A DNA stretch of 64,000 nt from an uncultured Gammaproteobacteria bacterium (GCA_963766595.1 CAVYAZ010000002.1:112924-176923); one strand, 5' to 3'. Shown: positions 22,735 to 35,851, counted from the stretch's first letter. A program made the numbers and translations. Notes: generated by a model from the letters alone, not told the origin.

Positions 22735-25266
22735 CAGAAAATGCCGTAGGCATCCTGCTGCACGCGCTTTTCCTGTTCGCTCGGATTGTTCGGTCCGGCG
22801 GCAAGGCGCGCGACGTCTTCGACCTTGAAGACCTCGAGCATGCTGTGCGCGTCTCCGCTCGAAGCCAGCTGGCCAGTCGCCGGGTCGATGCGCGCCGTGG
22901 TGATGCCGGGCGGCATCTCGAATGGCTTTTCCGGAACACCCTTGAGGGTCTCGCGCATGAAGCTGATCCACATCGGCAACGCGGCCTGCGCGCCGAATTC
23001 GCCGACGCCGTTGGAGCGGCCGAGCGAACTGAAATCGTCGAAGCCGACCCAGGCGCTGGCGACGACGGCATCGTTATAGCCGGTGAACCAGGCGTCGCGA
23101 TGATCGTTGGTCGACCCGGTTTTGCCGGCAAGGTCGGCACGCTTGAGCACCATTGCGTCGTGACCCGGTGCCGCGGCGCACGACGTCATGCAGCAGCGAC
23201 CCGATGAGATAGGCGATACGCGCGTCGAGGACGCGCGGCGCAAGATTCGGCTTGTTCGGATCGGCGGGCGCCGATGGAGCGGCTGTTGCCGCCTGCGCGT
23301 GCGCAATCGGCGAAAGCGCCGTCGTCCTGGCGCCATCGCCCTGCGCCTTTTCGGCTGTGGCCTGCGTGGCTGCAGTGCGCGCGTCCTCGATCAGGCGATC
23401 GGGACACTGCCGGCAGGCGACCGCCGGATGTGCTTTGTAGATCTCCTTGCCGTCGCGGTCGCTGATCGAATCGATGAAGTACGGATCGACCAGGAAGCCG
23501 CCATTGGCGAAGACGGCGAAGCCGCGCGCCATGATGATTGGCGACACCGAGGCGGTGCCTAGCGCCATCGACAGATTGTCCGGAATCTGGTCGAGCGGGA
23601 TGCCGAACCGGGTCACGTATTCGCGCGCGTAGCGCACGCCGATCGCGTCGAGCAGGCGCACCGACACCAGGTTCTTCGATTGCACCATCGCTTCGCGCAG
23701 TCGCATCGGCCCGTCGAACTTGCCGTCGTCGTTCTGCGGCGTCCACAAGCCGTTCGGCTTGGACGGATCGGCAAAGACGATCGGCGCATCATTGATGATC
23801 GATGCCGGCGTAAATCCGTGTTCGAACGCCGCCGCATAGAAATATGGCTTGAAGCTCGAGCCCGGCTGGCGGTTGGATTGGACCGCGCGGTTGAACTTGC
23901 TGCGCGCATAGCTGAATCCTCCGACTTCGGCCTGGATCGCGCCATCCTCGGGATTGAGCGCAATCAACCCGCCCTGCGCGGCCGGCACCTGCGAGAGCTT
24001 CCATTTGCCTTCCGGGTTGCGCGCCAGGCGCACGATGTCGCCGGGTTTGAGCAGCGCATCGACACGCTTTACGGGACCCCCGCGATGCGCTTCGTCTTTG
24101 TACGCCTGCGCCCAACTCACGGCACCGAGGTCCAGCGGCACCGACTGCCCGTCGTCCAGGTACACGAGCGCCGTCTTCTCGGTGCTCTCCGTGACAATGC
24201 CCGGGACCAGGCCGACCACCGGGCGGTAGGCGTCGAGCTGCTTGTCGAGTTCGGCCGGCGTCGGCTGCGCAGAAAGTTCGACATGCGCTTCCGGGCCGCG
24301 ATAACCGTGACGCTGGTCGTAGCTGATCAGATCGTCCCGCAGCGCCTGGTTTGCCGCGTCCTGGGCGCGCGAGTCCAGCGTCGTATGGATCGTATAGCCG
24401 TCCGTCAATGCTTCATTGCCGAGCCGCTCGAGCGCGTCGCGTCGCGCCATCTCGGCCAGATACGGCGCTTCGACTTCGATCGGTGGCTCGTGCGCGTACG
24501 ACAAGTCGGGCTCTGCGGCAGCAGCCTTGAACTGCGCCGCGGTGATGAAATTGTTTTCGAGCATGCGCTGCAACACATAGTTGTTGCGGCGCTCGACCGC
24601 GCGCGACCGATTGTTCAACGGATTGCCGGTCGACGGGAATTTCGGCAGCGACGCCAGCATCGCGCTCTCCGACAGCGACAGCTGGTCGAGCGTCTTGCCG
24701 TAATAGAACTCGGCTGCCGCCGCGACGCCATAGGCGCGATTGCCGAGGAAGATCTTGTTGAGGTACAGCTCGAGGATCTCGTCCTTGGTCAACGCCTGTT
24801 CGATGCGCCGGGCAAGGAACAGCTCCGACAGCTTGCGCGTGTAGCTCTTTTCCGAACTCAGGAAGAAGTTGCGCGCGACCTGCTGGGTTATCGTGCTCGC
24901 GCCCTGGGTCTTTTCGCCGCCGCTGAAGACCACATGGATTCCGGCGCGGAGCACGCCTTGCCAATCGAAGCCGGGATGTTCGTAGAAACGCGCATCCTCG
25001 GCGGCGATGAAGGCGCTTTTCAGCTGCGCCGGGATCTTGTCGATCTTGACCGGGATGCGCCGCGTTTCGCCAAACGTGGCAATCAGCCGGTTGTCCGCCG
25101 TGTAGACGCGCAAGGGTACCTGCAGGCGTACGTCGCGCAGGGTGTCCACCGACGGCAGGCGCGGCGAGATCAACCAGTAGGCAACCCCTATTGCGGCGCA
25201 GCCGAGCACTACCCCGACCAGCAGAAGGATCAACAGATATCGGGTCAGACGCAGAAGCAGGCGCAT
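22734..25266 (-). CDS. mrcA: Penicillin-binding protein 1A; 1-nt frameshift near 23165
   Basis: EDARFYEH, GASTITQQ, RKLSE glycosyltransferase motifs; QPGSSFKP, SKN, and KTG (in the shifted frame) transpeptidase motifs; divergent from pilM. Confidence 0.93.
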
Positions 25267-25484
25267 GCAAATTATCGGGGGGCGAAAGGCAAAAAGTGGA
25301 TCGATTAGGCAGTCCGTGAGTATAAGGTGTGCTACCGTCCGGCCGTTAGCGCGGGATGTGGCGCTTTCGTGGCTTTTCACCGCAAATTCACTTTCAGATC
25401 ACTAGCTTGCCGGGACTTGTCAACGGACTGTTGATAAATCGTTAAAGTTCGTATTTAATGTGGATGCGCATATATCGCTCGTAA

Positions 25485-26567
<1,083 letters not shown>

Positions 26568-26568
<1 letters not shown>

Positions 26569-27162
26569 TGGCTAAGATCAATCTACTGCCTTGGCGCGCG
26601 GAACGACGCAGACTGCGCGAACGCGAGTTCTACTCGATGCTTGGCCTCGCGGCGCTTGCCGCCGTCGTCGTGCTGTTCGGCTGGTGGTACTGGATGGGTA
26701 TGCGACTGGACAACCAGGATGCACGCAACGCCTACCTCAAGGACCAGATCAAGCAGCTCGACGGCCAGCTTGGCGGAGATCAAGGAACTCGACAAGACCA
26801 AGTCAAAATTGCTCGCGCGCAAACAGATCATCGAGCAGTTGCAGGCCAGCCGTTCGCAGATGGTCCACATGTTCGATGAACTGGTGAAGACGATTCCCGA
26901 CAGCGCGCGCCTGAGTTCGTTGAAGCAGGCCGGCGATACGTTGACGCTCCAGGGCGTCGCCCAGTCGAACGCCAGCGTTGCGAACTACATGCGCAATCTC
27001 GACAGCTCCAGGTGGCTGACGCATTCGGATCTGATCAAGACCGAAGTTCGCGGTGCCGACAGGCGCAATCGTTACGAATTCGGCTTGAACGTCAAGCTGC
27101 GTCCGCCCGAGAACGCTGAGAACCTCGACAGCCAGCCGAGTAACGATGGCAAGAGTTCCTGA
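26568..27162 (+). CDS. pilN: PilN; frameshift near 26770. The low-complexity tail probably extends to about 27291 through further indels
   Basis: MAKINLLPWR motif, QLQASRSQMVHMFDEL, QSNASVANYMRNL; the 27162-27287 gap reads like a Pro/Ala tail ending ...KAGGKQ* with an ATGA overlap on pilO. Confidence 0.88.
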
Positions 27163-27287
27163 TGCGGCAGCGCCTTCGACGCCGCTGCATGGTGCCCCGA
27201 CACCCGCCATTGCCATGCCAGCCGACACCGACGGCACGTCTCGCATCACCTGCCAAGCCTGCCGCGAGACAAGGCGGGAGGTAAGCA

Positions 27288-27959
27288 ATGAAACTGTCTG
27301 ATTTCCGCAATCTGGACTTTCAGAACGCCGGCGGTTGGCCGCAGAGCGTCAAATGGGCCTTCTGCATCCTGTTGTTCGGGCTGATCATGGTGGCGGGCTG
27401 GTACTTCGAGATCAGCGACCAGCAGGAAGATCTTGGCAGGCGTGTTGTTCAGGAAGACCAGCTCAAGAAGGACTTCCATGACAAGCAGCAGAGAGTGGCC
27501 AATCTCGCCGCGCTCAAAGCACAACTCGACGAGATGCGCGACATCCTGCGACAACTGCTGAGGCAGTTGCCGAGCAAGACCGAGATGCCATCCTTGCTCG
27601 TAGACATCTCGCAGACGGCGCTATCCGCTGGGCTCGAGACCCAGTTGTTCCAACCCGGCGCAGAATCGGTAAAGGAAGGCTTCTATGCCGAAAAGCCGAT
27701 TTCGCTCCGCATGCTCGGGACCTATCATCAGTTCGGTACGTTCATAAGCGGGGTCGCGGCCCTGCCTCGCGTCGTCATCCTTACCATGCACAACGTGGCC
27801 CTGACGCCCGTTGCCGGCGCCAACGGCCAGTTGTCCCTGGAAGGGACCGTGAAGACGTATCGTTACGTCGAGGACGACGAGACCGCCGCTGATGCCGACA
27901 AAAAGGCTCCCGCCCGGCCACCGGGTAACCCTGCACCCGCGCCGAAGGGAGGGGCGTGA
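27288..27959 (+). CDS. pilO: PilO
   Basis: LDFQNAGGWP, LRQLPSKTEMPSLL, YHQFGTFISGVAALPRVV. Confidence 0.94.
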   Translation: MKLSDFRNLDFQNAGGWPQSVKWAFCILLFGLIMVAGWYFEISDQQEDLGRRVVQEDQLKKDFHDKQQRVANLAALKAQLDEMRDILRQLLRQLPSKTEMPSLLVDISQTALSAGLETQLFQPGAESVKEGFYAEKPISLRMLGTYHQFGTFISGVAALPRVVILTMHNVALTPVAGANGQLSLEGTVKTYRYVEDDETAADADKKAPARPPGNPAPAPKGGA

Positions 27960-28489
27960 GCATGCATGCCATGCCTTTCTCGCGAGCAATCTGCGCAACA
28001 CTTGTCGGAAGCATGCTCCTGCTTGTTTCCGGCTGCACATCCGGGGACGCCGACCTGAAAGAATGGGTCGCGCACGAAAAAGCACAAAAGGGGGCACCGA
28101 TTGCGCCCCTGCCCGTACTGAAGACTTTCGAAACTTTCGAATATACGGACCAAGGCCTGCGGGATCCGTTCTCCCCAGGGCTTGAAGAACAGCAGACCGC
28201 GACAACCAGTGGGCCGCAGCCGGACAAGCACCCGCGCGAGCCGCTCGAACAGTACGCGCTCGACAGCATGAAGATGGTCGGAACGATCGGCACGGGTGCT
28301 TCCATCGAGGGTCTGATCAAGGACACCGAAGGAACGATCCACCGCGTACACAAAGGCAATTACCTCGGCCAGAACAACGGCAAGATAACCGGTGTTACAG
28401 AAATGCAAATCAATCTCGTGGAGCTGATCCCGAACGGGACCGGCGGTTGGATGGAACGCCAGGCCACCATTGCGCTGCCTGAGAAATAG
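27956..28489 (+). CDS. pilP: PilP lipoprotein
   Basis: Lipobox VSGC, RDPF, EPLEQYALDSMKMVGT, GNYLGQNNG. Confidence 0.94.
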   Translation: MSMHAMPFSRAICATLVGSMLLLVSGCTSGDADLKEWVAHEKAQKGAPIAPLPVLKTFETFEYTDQGLRDPFSPGLEEQQTATTSGPQPDKHPREPLEQYALDSMKMVGTIGTGASIEGLIKDTEGTIHRVHKGNYLGQNNGKITGVTEMQINLVELIPNGTGGWMERQATIALPEK

Positions 28490-28512
28490 ACGACCCATTT
28501 GGGGGTGCTTAA

Positions 28513-30753
28513 ATGATCAGTAACGCTGTTAACTTCCAGGGACGTTTGTCCGCATCAAGCAGGCGCGTTTGGCACGTGCGAGGCTGCGGATGGCTCGCTC
28601 TGCTCTTCGGCATGCTGTTTGCCACTCATGCACTTGCGGACAATGTGCTGCAGGACATCGCCTATGCGCCGTTGCCGGGAGGGCAGGTGCAGGTCACGCT
28701 GAAGTTCGCAGGCCCGGTTGCCGAGCCGCGGATTTTCGCTACCGAGAATCCGGCGCGCATCGCCGTCGATATCGCCGATACGCGCAATGCCGTTACTCAG
28801 CGCCGAATCGACGTCAATAGCGGCGCGACAGCTGCCATCAGCGCGGTCGAAGCCGCCGGACGCACGCGCGTCGTGATCGACCTGATGCGGCCGTCAAGCT
28901 ATGAAACCAAGGCGCAGGGCAATACCTTCCTGTTGACGATCAGCAACGGCATGGGCTCCGGTTCCGCGACGACGACAGCCGTTGCAGCCACTGATCAGAC
29001 CAAGGCGATCAGCGGCCACGGCACCGAAATCTCGAACATCGACTTTCGCCGCGGCAAGAACGGCGAAGGACGAGTCATCGTTTCCTTTACGGGTGAGGGC
29101 GTCGGGGCGGACCTGCAGCGACAGGGCGACAAACTCACGCTGGACTTTTCCGGCGTAAGGCTGCCACCGCAACTCGCCCAGCGTCTCGACGTTCTCGATT
29201 TCGCCACGCCGGTACAGTCGGTCGAAACACGCAGCAAGGGCAACGGCGCGCACATGGAAGTGGCAGTTACGGCTCCGTTCGAACAGCTGGCGTATCAAAC
29301 GGGCAATGAATACGTGTTGGAAGTTTCGGCCAAGCCCAAGGACGTCAGGCGCGACCCGAACGCGCCGCCGGAGTACACGGGCAATCGCGTCACGTTCAAC
29401 TTCCAGGATATTCCGGCGCGTTCCGTGTTGCAGCTGATCGCCGACATGTCGGACTTGAACATCGTCGTTGCCGACAGCGTCGGTGGCAGCGTCACGTTGC
29501 GCCTGATCAACGTGCCCTGGGACCAGGCGCTCGATATCGTGCTGCAGGCCAAGGGGCTCGACAAGCGCCGCAACGGCAATGTCATCTGGATAGCTCCGCA
29601 ACAGGAGATTTCCAATCGCGAGCAGGCGCTGGCCGACGCGCACATGAGGCTTCAAGCCATCGTCGAGACGGTGACGGAATACATACCGATCAATTATGGC
29701 AAAGCGCGCGATATCGCGGCCTTGATGAATCAGAGGGGCGGCGGCGCCGGTGGCGGCGGCGGGGGACAGGGAGGCGGCTTCCTTTCCGAGCGTGGTCGCG
29801 TCACTGCGGATGAACGAACGAATACTTTGCTCGTCCACGACACGCCGGACCGGATCAAGATGATCCGCGAACTCGTCGCCAAACTCGATCGGCCGGTGCA
29901 GCAGGTATTGATCGAGTCGCGCATCGTCGTGGCGAACGATAACTTCGCCCGCGATATCGGCGCGAAATTTGGCATCAGCGGCGGCTTCCAAACCAACAAT
30001 ACCGTGGTCTCGACTGCAGGTACCCTGGCCGGCACCGACACGATGTCCAACGTCGCGCTGAACAACCGGTTTGCAGGTACCGGAAGCGGGCTGCCGAACA
30101 CGGCTCCAGGCGGCGTTGGTGGCGGCATCCTGGTGCCGTCGCTGGCCAATCGTCTGAATGTCAGCCTGCCAGCATCGAAGCCAACGGCAGGAAGCTTTGG
30201 CCTGTCGATCCTCGGCGCCGACTATCTGCTCGATCTCGAACTTTCGGCCGGTCAGACCGAAGGCAAGAGCGAACTGATTTCGAGTCCGCGCGTCATCACC
30301 GCCAATCAGCAGGAAGCCGACGTCAAGCAGGGTCAGGAAATTGGCTATGTGACGTTCCAGGGCGGCGCTGGGGCCGCGACAGCGACCGTGCAGTTCAAGG
30401 AAGCGGTACTGGAACTGAAGGTCACGCCGACGATAACGGCGGATGGACGCATCTTCATGGTGCTGGCCGTGAAGAAGGACAACGTCGCTGCCCTGATACC
30501 CAATCCAGGCGGCGGCTTTGTTCCGCAGATCGACACGCGCTCGATCAATACGTCGGTTTTGGTCGACAATGGCCAGACCGTCGTGCTCGGCGGCGTCTAC
30601 GAGTTCGACAAGGCGGTCACGACCACGAAAGTGCCGTGGCTCGGCGACATTCCGGGTCTTGGCGTATTTTTCCGCGACCATCAGACGAGCAACCAGAAGG
30701 CTGAACTGCTGATCTTCGTGACACCCAGAATTCTCGACGAAAAATTCAAATGA
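28513..30753 (+). CDS. pilQ: Type IV pilus secretin PilQ
   Basis: AMIN-like domains, TFNFQDIP, VPWDQALD, QVLIESRIV, KVPWLGDIPGLG, ELLIFVTPRI. Confidence 0.96.
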   Translation: MISNAVNFQGRLSASSRRVWHVRGCGWLALLFGMLFATHALADNVLQDIAYAPLPGGQVQVTLKFAGPVAEPRIFATENPARIAVDIADTRNAVTQRRIDVNSGATAAISAVEAAGRTRVVIDLMRPSSYETKAQGNTFLLTISNGMGSGSATTTAVAATDQTKAISGHGTEISNIDFRRGKNGEGRVIVSFTGEGVGADLQRQGDKLTLDFSGVRLPPQLAQRLDVLDFATPVQSVETRSKGNGAHMEVAVTAPFEQLAYQTGNEYVLEVSAKPKDVRRDPNAPPEYTGNRVTFNFQDIPARSVLQLIADMSDLNIVVADSVGGSVTLRLINVPWDQALDIVLQAKGLDKRRNGNVIWIAPQQEISNREQALADAHMRLQAIVETVTEYIPINYGKARDIAALMNQRGGGAGGGGGGQGGGFLSERGRVTADERTNTLLVHDTPDRIKMIRELVAKLDRPVQQVLIESRIVVANDNFARDIGAKFGISGGFQTNNTVVSTAGTLAGTDTMSNVALNNRFAGTGSGLPNTAPGGVGGGILVPSLANRLNVSLPASKPTAGSFGLSILGADYLLDLELSAGQTEGKSELISSPRVITANQQEADVKQGQEIGYVTFQGGAGAATATVQFKEAVLELKVTPTITADGRIFMVLAVKKDNVAALIPNPGGGFVPQIDTRSINTSVLVDNGQTVVLGGVYEFDKAVTTTKVPWLGDIPGLGVFFRDHQTSNQKAELLIFVTPRILDEKFK

Positions 30754-30839
30754 CTTATTCAATGTTCAACATATCGGCAGCGACCGGCAGTTGCCGCGCA
30801 GACGAGTACCACGTGAAATCGCGAGCCTGGAGATTCGAC

Positions 30840-33465
30840 ATGAGAGCCCTGAGCAAAACATTCCTGTTGCTGCTTGCCACGTTCGGCCTGGCAAGTTGCG
30901 GCGGTGGCGGCGGCGGCAGTCAGAGCGCTTTCAACGCGACGCCGGTCGATTCCATAGCGATCAGCGCCGCATCCACGTCGATTCCAACGAACTCTTTTAC
31001 GACTCTGACGGTAACGGTCAAGAGGCAGGACGGCACCGTCGAGGCCGATGGGACTTCGATCAACGCTTCGGTTTCGCCGTCGACGATGGGCGTTATCAGC
31101 GGCGCAGGTATGGCCGGCACAACAGCGAGCAACACGCTTACCGGCGGCAAGACCACATTCAATTTCACCAGCGGCAATCAGACCGGCACGGCGACGATCA
31201 CGATATCGGTGCCTGCCGGCACGAATGGCGCCACGACGACAGCAACTTCATCGATTCCGATCACGATAACTGCCGGAAACGGGCAGGACTCGCGGATTCA
31301 GCTGTCTCCGAGTACGACCACGCTACCCGTAAGCCCTTACACTTTCGCCCAACAGGCGGTAACCCCATTCCCGGGGAATTTCCCGGGCTCGCCCTACGTC
31401 GCTGAAGTCGACATCACGCTGCGCCACAACAATGGTCAATTGGTTACTGGCGGGACCGCGAACGTCTCGATAGCGCCGACATCAATCGCCCAGCTTTCAA
31501 CGGGTAGCTGGCACCGAGTTTCAGACGCTCAGTTCAAACGTCGTCGTTAATGCCCCGGGTGGCGTCGCGACGGTTTTTGTGCACGCCGGCAATACTCCCG
31601 GAACGGCCGTCCTTACGGTCACCGCGACCGACCCGGACGGCAGTGGGCAAACAGTAAGCTCGCAGGTGACGATTACGGTAGCTGGTGGCGGTTCTTCCGG
31701 CTTGCCAGTCTCGATCACCGCGACCGCGTCCGGACCCGCCTATGTCTCCGATTCAGGCGGACAAAGCGCGACCGTAACCGCCCGCGTGACCGATGGAAGC
31801 AACGCGGTCGTTCCCAATCCGAGCGGATTCGACAATGTCGAGTTCCAGATCGTCAGCGCGAATACCGATGCGCAGTTGTCTGGGGTCAATGCCGCGGGTC
31901 AGGCGGTCAAAGGCACGACGATCGATGTCGCTACGCACAATGGCATCGCTGCAGTCACGCTGGTGCCGGGTGTGCAGCAGGGCACTGTGCAGGTCAAGGC
32001 TACCGCAGACCGCGGCGACAACAATGTCGACAACCGCATCCAGGATCCGGTCAGCGCGACGGCGACCGTCGTGATCTCCGATGGCAAGCTGTACTCGCTT
32101 GCGCTGGCTTCGCCGGTTCTCGATGCAATCGTCGCCAACAGCGTGTCCAATCAAGTCGCACTGACGCCGGGCACCTCACCGACTGATCCGAATGCAACCT
32201 ACAGTTTCACCGTCAGCGTATCGGGCGTCGATCGCCAAGGAAATGCGGTTCTTCCAGGAACCGTAATCAAGTTTGGCAGCGTCGACTCCCCGCAGACCAA
32301 TGGCTTCCTGTCGATCACCGGGGTTCAGGGCAACCCGACGGAAGGCGGCACCCTGTTCACGGCTCTGGACGGACATTTCCGCACCGCCGGCGGCGGTGCA
32401 GGACCCGGTGACACGCTGATCGTATTCGGCAAGGAAGCGCACGGTGCGCCACCAGGCAATGCCGACCTTGAAAGCGCCGCGACAGTCTCGCGCATCAATA
32501 GCGAGACGAGCCTGAATGTCGTCACGCCCTTCAATCGCAACGACACAACCGGCACCAGCGTCGACAACGGCAACGTGCTGCCCTATGTCATTGGACGTGC
32601 CTTGGTCGGCAACATCACCTCGCCGGCCACGACGAATGAGAACGGTGTCGCAACGACGAAGCTGAACTTCCCGGTATCGGCGATCGGCCGTCCGGTGGCA
32701 ATTTACGCGCAGGGCAATGGAACGGATAACATCACTGGTCAGAGCACGCTCGTGACCGATGCACGCGTGATCAGGTTCCCGGGCATCGCACCGGCGACGA
32801 TTACCGTCAGTCCGAATCCAATCCTGGGCAACGTCACGACGACCGTGTTGGCCTGCATCCAGGATGCGTTGCAGGAACCGATATCCGGTGTTCGGTTTGC
32901 TTTCAGCTTCAGTGGACTGGGAATTGGCACAGGCAAACTCGACGGAATCAGCACGGCGGGCACTGTTCCTGATCTCACTGGCGCAGACGGTTGTGTTGCC
33001 ACAACGGTCGTCACCAACGGCATCGATTCCAGTGCCGCGGACGCGAAGCTGACATTCAATCTTGGCGCCTTGAGTGGATTCTCGCCGATCAAGGCAAGCG
33101 GTAGCCTCGTCCTCCTGGCGGTTCCGTCGGCGCTCGGCGGCACGGGAGGAACAGTCACGTTGACACTATTGACCGGCAACGGCCTGCCGGTACCAGGCGT
33201 CCAGATTGTCGGTACCTGCACGGGCGACGGATCGATCAGTATTGCCCAATACAACGGTACACCTCCTGGCGTCACCGATGCGAACGGCAAGACCGCGGCT
33301 GTAATCGTTGCGGCGCTCAACCACTTTGGCTCGGCCGGTTCGGGTGTCTGCACCTTCACGACTTCGACCGGTTCACCGACCGCGAAGGTGGTCCTGCAGG
33401 GAATCGATTACTGCGCCGAGCAAACCTCGCCGCCGCCTGATGGATGTGCGGCGCCCGCCCCATAG
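30840..33465 (+). CDS. Large Gly/Thr/Ser-rich lipoprotein with tandem Ig-like (Big/invasin-type) domains, about 874 aa; frameshift near 31510
   Basis: GGAGA RBS; MRALSKTFLLLLATFGLASC lipobox; repeated VTARVTD/VQVKATAD/TTNENGVA strands; the two ORFs join after removing one base. Confidence 0.75.
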
Positions 33466-33496
33466 CGCACTGCTTGGGGCGAGTTCTGAAAAAGTC

Positions 33497-33525
33497 CGGG
33501 GCCGCAATTGCGGCCCCGTTTTTTT
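33497..33525 (+). terminator. Rho-independent terminator of the pil-lipoprotein operon
   Basis: CGGGGCCGC-AATT-GCGGCCCCG followed by T7. Confidence 0.85.
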
Positions 33526-33581
33526 GCGCCTAGCATTCGGGACCGATCTCCAGCACCCGGCAACCCGACGAACCCCCACCG

Positions 33582-34745
33582 ATGTCCTCTTCCTATCGGA
33601 TCGAACTGGCTCCCGGACAAGCGTTGTTTCGCGAAGGGGATGCTGCGACAACGGCATTTCTGATCGAACGCGGCACACTGCGCGTTACTGCGAAACGCGA
33701 CGGCGTGCCCATGCTGCTCGGTGACCTGCGCGCCGGAGCGCTGATCGGCGAGATGGCGGTCCTCGACGATTCACCGCGAACCGCGACCGCGATCGCGATC
33801 GAGCCATGCGTGCTTACGGCGATCGACCGCGGCCAGTTCGGCGAGCGCCTGGCGACAGCCGATCCGGTGCTGCGCGGACTTCTGCTCAGCCAGCTTGCGC
33901 GTTACCGCACGGTCCTGGCGACATTCGCAGGCAATCACGAGCCGCCCGCCGGTGCGCTTGCCGCGCAGCACTATTCCGGCGACGCGCGCGACAAGATCCG
34001 TCTCGAGAGCCACTTGCGCGAAGCGATCGACACGCACTCGCTCGAAATGCATTTGCAGCCCATCGCGCGGATTGCCGACGGCGCCGTCGCCGGCTACGAG
34101 GCGCTCGTGCGCTGGACGCATGCCGAGCACGGTGTCGTGTCACCGGCGGAATTTATCGCGCTCGCGGAGGAAACCTCGCTGATCGTGCCGATCGGGGAAT
34201 ACGTGTTGCGCGAAGTCTGCGCGGTGCTGCGCCGCCTTGTCGCACGCAGCAGCGACCAGGTTCCGTTCGTCGGCTTGAACGTCTCCGGGCGACAGATCGA
34301 CGACCCGCTGTTTGTCGAGCGCGTCGTCAGTCAGGCTCGCGCGCAGGCCGTCGAACCGTTGCTGATCAAGGTCGAGATCACCGAAAGCCTGATGCTCGAC
34401 TACGTCAAGGTCGAAGCCTTCATCGCGCGCTGCCGCCATGCGGGAATCCGCGTCGCGCTCGACGATTTCGGCACGGGCTACTCGAGCCTGACTCACCTGC
34501 ATCGGCTCAACTTCGACACCCTCAAGCTCGATCAGGCATTCGTGCGCCAGCTCGACGATCCGCGCTGCCTGGCCATCGTGCGCGCGATCGTCGCCATGAC
34601 CAGCGCCCTGGGCTGCGACATGGTCGCCGAGGGCGTCGAGACGCCGGCCCAGCTCGCGTGCCTGGGCGAGCTGGGGTGTCAGTACGCCCAGGGTTATTTG
34701 ATCGGCAAGCCGCTCCCAATCGACTCCGTACTGGGCCCCGACTAG
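33582..34745 (+). CDS. cNMP-binding + EAL-domain c-di-GMP phosphodiesterase
   Basis: LFREGD..GEMAVLDDSPRTATA cNMP cassette; YEAL, GLNVS, KVEITE, DDFGTG, KLDQAF, AEGVET, QG EAL motifs. Confidence 0.9.
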   Translation: MSSSYRIELAPGQALFREGDAATTAFLIERGTLRVTAKRDGVPMLLGDLRAGALIGEMAVLDDSPRTATAIAIEPCVLTAIDRGQFGERLATADPVLRGLLLSQLARYRTVLATFAGNHEPPAGALAAQHYSGDARDKIRLESHLREAIDTHSLEMHLQPIARIADGAVAGYEALVRWTHAEHGVVSPAEFIALAEETSLIVPIGEYVLREVCAVLRRLVARSSDQVPFVGLNVSGRQIDDPLFVERVVSQARAQAVEPLLIKVEITESLMLDYVKVEAFIARCRHAGIRVALDDFGTGYSSLTHLHRLNFDTLKLDQAFVRQLDDPRCLAIVRAIVAMTSALGCDMVAEGVETPAQLACLGELGCQYAQGYLIGKPLPIDSVLGPD

Positions 34746-34850
34746 TGCCGGATGCGATCGCAGCGGGAACCCGGACCCTGCAGGCGCTGTCCTAGCAGCG
34801 CGCCGGCGTTTCCCAGCCGTGCGATCATTCACCTTTCCGAACCCGTTACC

Positions 34851-35846
34851 ATGGACATGCCAGAACCCATCTCTGCCGCCGGTCTGTCCGCAGCATTTCA
34901 CGCGCTGCGCGACCAACTGGGCAACTGCATCATCGGTCAGACCGCCCTGGTCGATCGCCTGCTGATCGCGCTGCTCGCCGACGGCCATCTCCTCGTCGAG
35001 GGCGCACCCGGGTTGGCGAAAACCACTGCGGTCAAGGAACTGGCTGCGCGCATCGAAGGCGACTTCCACCGCATCCAGTTCACACCGGACCTGCTGCCGG
35101 CCGATTTGACCGGCACCGAAATCTATCGTCCGCAGCAGGCGGTGTTCGAGTTCCAGCGCGGACCGATCTTCCACAACCTGCTGCTGGCCGATGAAGTCAA
35201 TCGCGCGCCGGCCAAGGTCCAGTCGGCGCTGCTCGAGGCAATGGGCGAGCGCCAGGTCACGGTCGGGCGCACGACCTACCTGCTTCCGCAGCTGTTCCTG
35301 GTCATGGCAACGCAAAATCCGATCGAGCAGGAAGGCACCTATCCGCTGCCCGAGGCACAGCTCGACCGTTTCCTGATGCACGTGCGCGTGGACTATCCGG
35401 ACGCTTCGGCCGAAGCGGCGATCCTGAAATTCGCCCGCGATCGCGCGCGCGACGCGTTGAGGGAGACGCCGCAGCCGGAGCGCTGCCTGTCGCAGGCGCA
35501 GATATTCGCAGCGCGCGCCGAGGTGTTGAACCTGCATCTCGCGCCGGCGCTCGAGGAATACATCGTGCAGTTCACGCTGGCAACGCGCACGCCCAAGGCC
35601 TACGGCGACGATCTCGCGCGCTGGGTCGCCTATGGCGCGAGTCCGCGCGGCACGATCGCGCTCGACCGCTGCGCGCGTGCGCACGCCTGGCTCAACGGCC
35701 GCGATTTCGTCGCACCCGAAGACGTGCATGCGGTCGCTGCCGACGTGCTGCGTCACCGCGTGTTGCTGTCCTATGAAGCCGAGGCCGAAGGCGTGACCGC
35801 CGACAAGCTGATCGGCATCCTGCTCGAGCGCGTGCCGTTGCCGTGA
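34851..35846 (+). CDS. MoxR family AAA+ ATPase
   Basis: EGAPGLAKT, RIQFTPDLLPAD, LADEVNRA, ATQNPIEQEGTYPLPEAQLDRF. Confidence 0.95.
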   Translation: MDMPEPISAAGLSAAFHALRDQLGNCIIGQTALVDRLLIALLADGHLLVEGAPGLAKTTAVKELAARIEGDFHRIQFTPDLLPADLTGTEIYRPQQAVFEFQRGPIFHNLLLADEVNRAPAKVQSALLEAMGERQVTVGRTTYLLPQLFLVMATQNPIEQEGTYPLPEAQLDRFLMHVRVDYPDASAEAAILKFARDRARDALRETPQPERCLSQAQIFAARAEVLNLHLAPALEEYIVQFTLATRTPKAYGDDLARWVAYGASPRGTIALDRCARAHAWLNGRDFVAPEDVHAVAADVLRHRVLLSYEAEAEGVTADKLIGILLERVPLP

Positions 35847-35851
35847 GAAGG

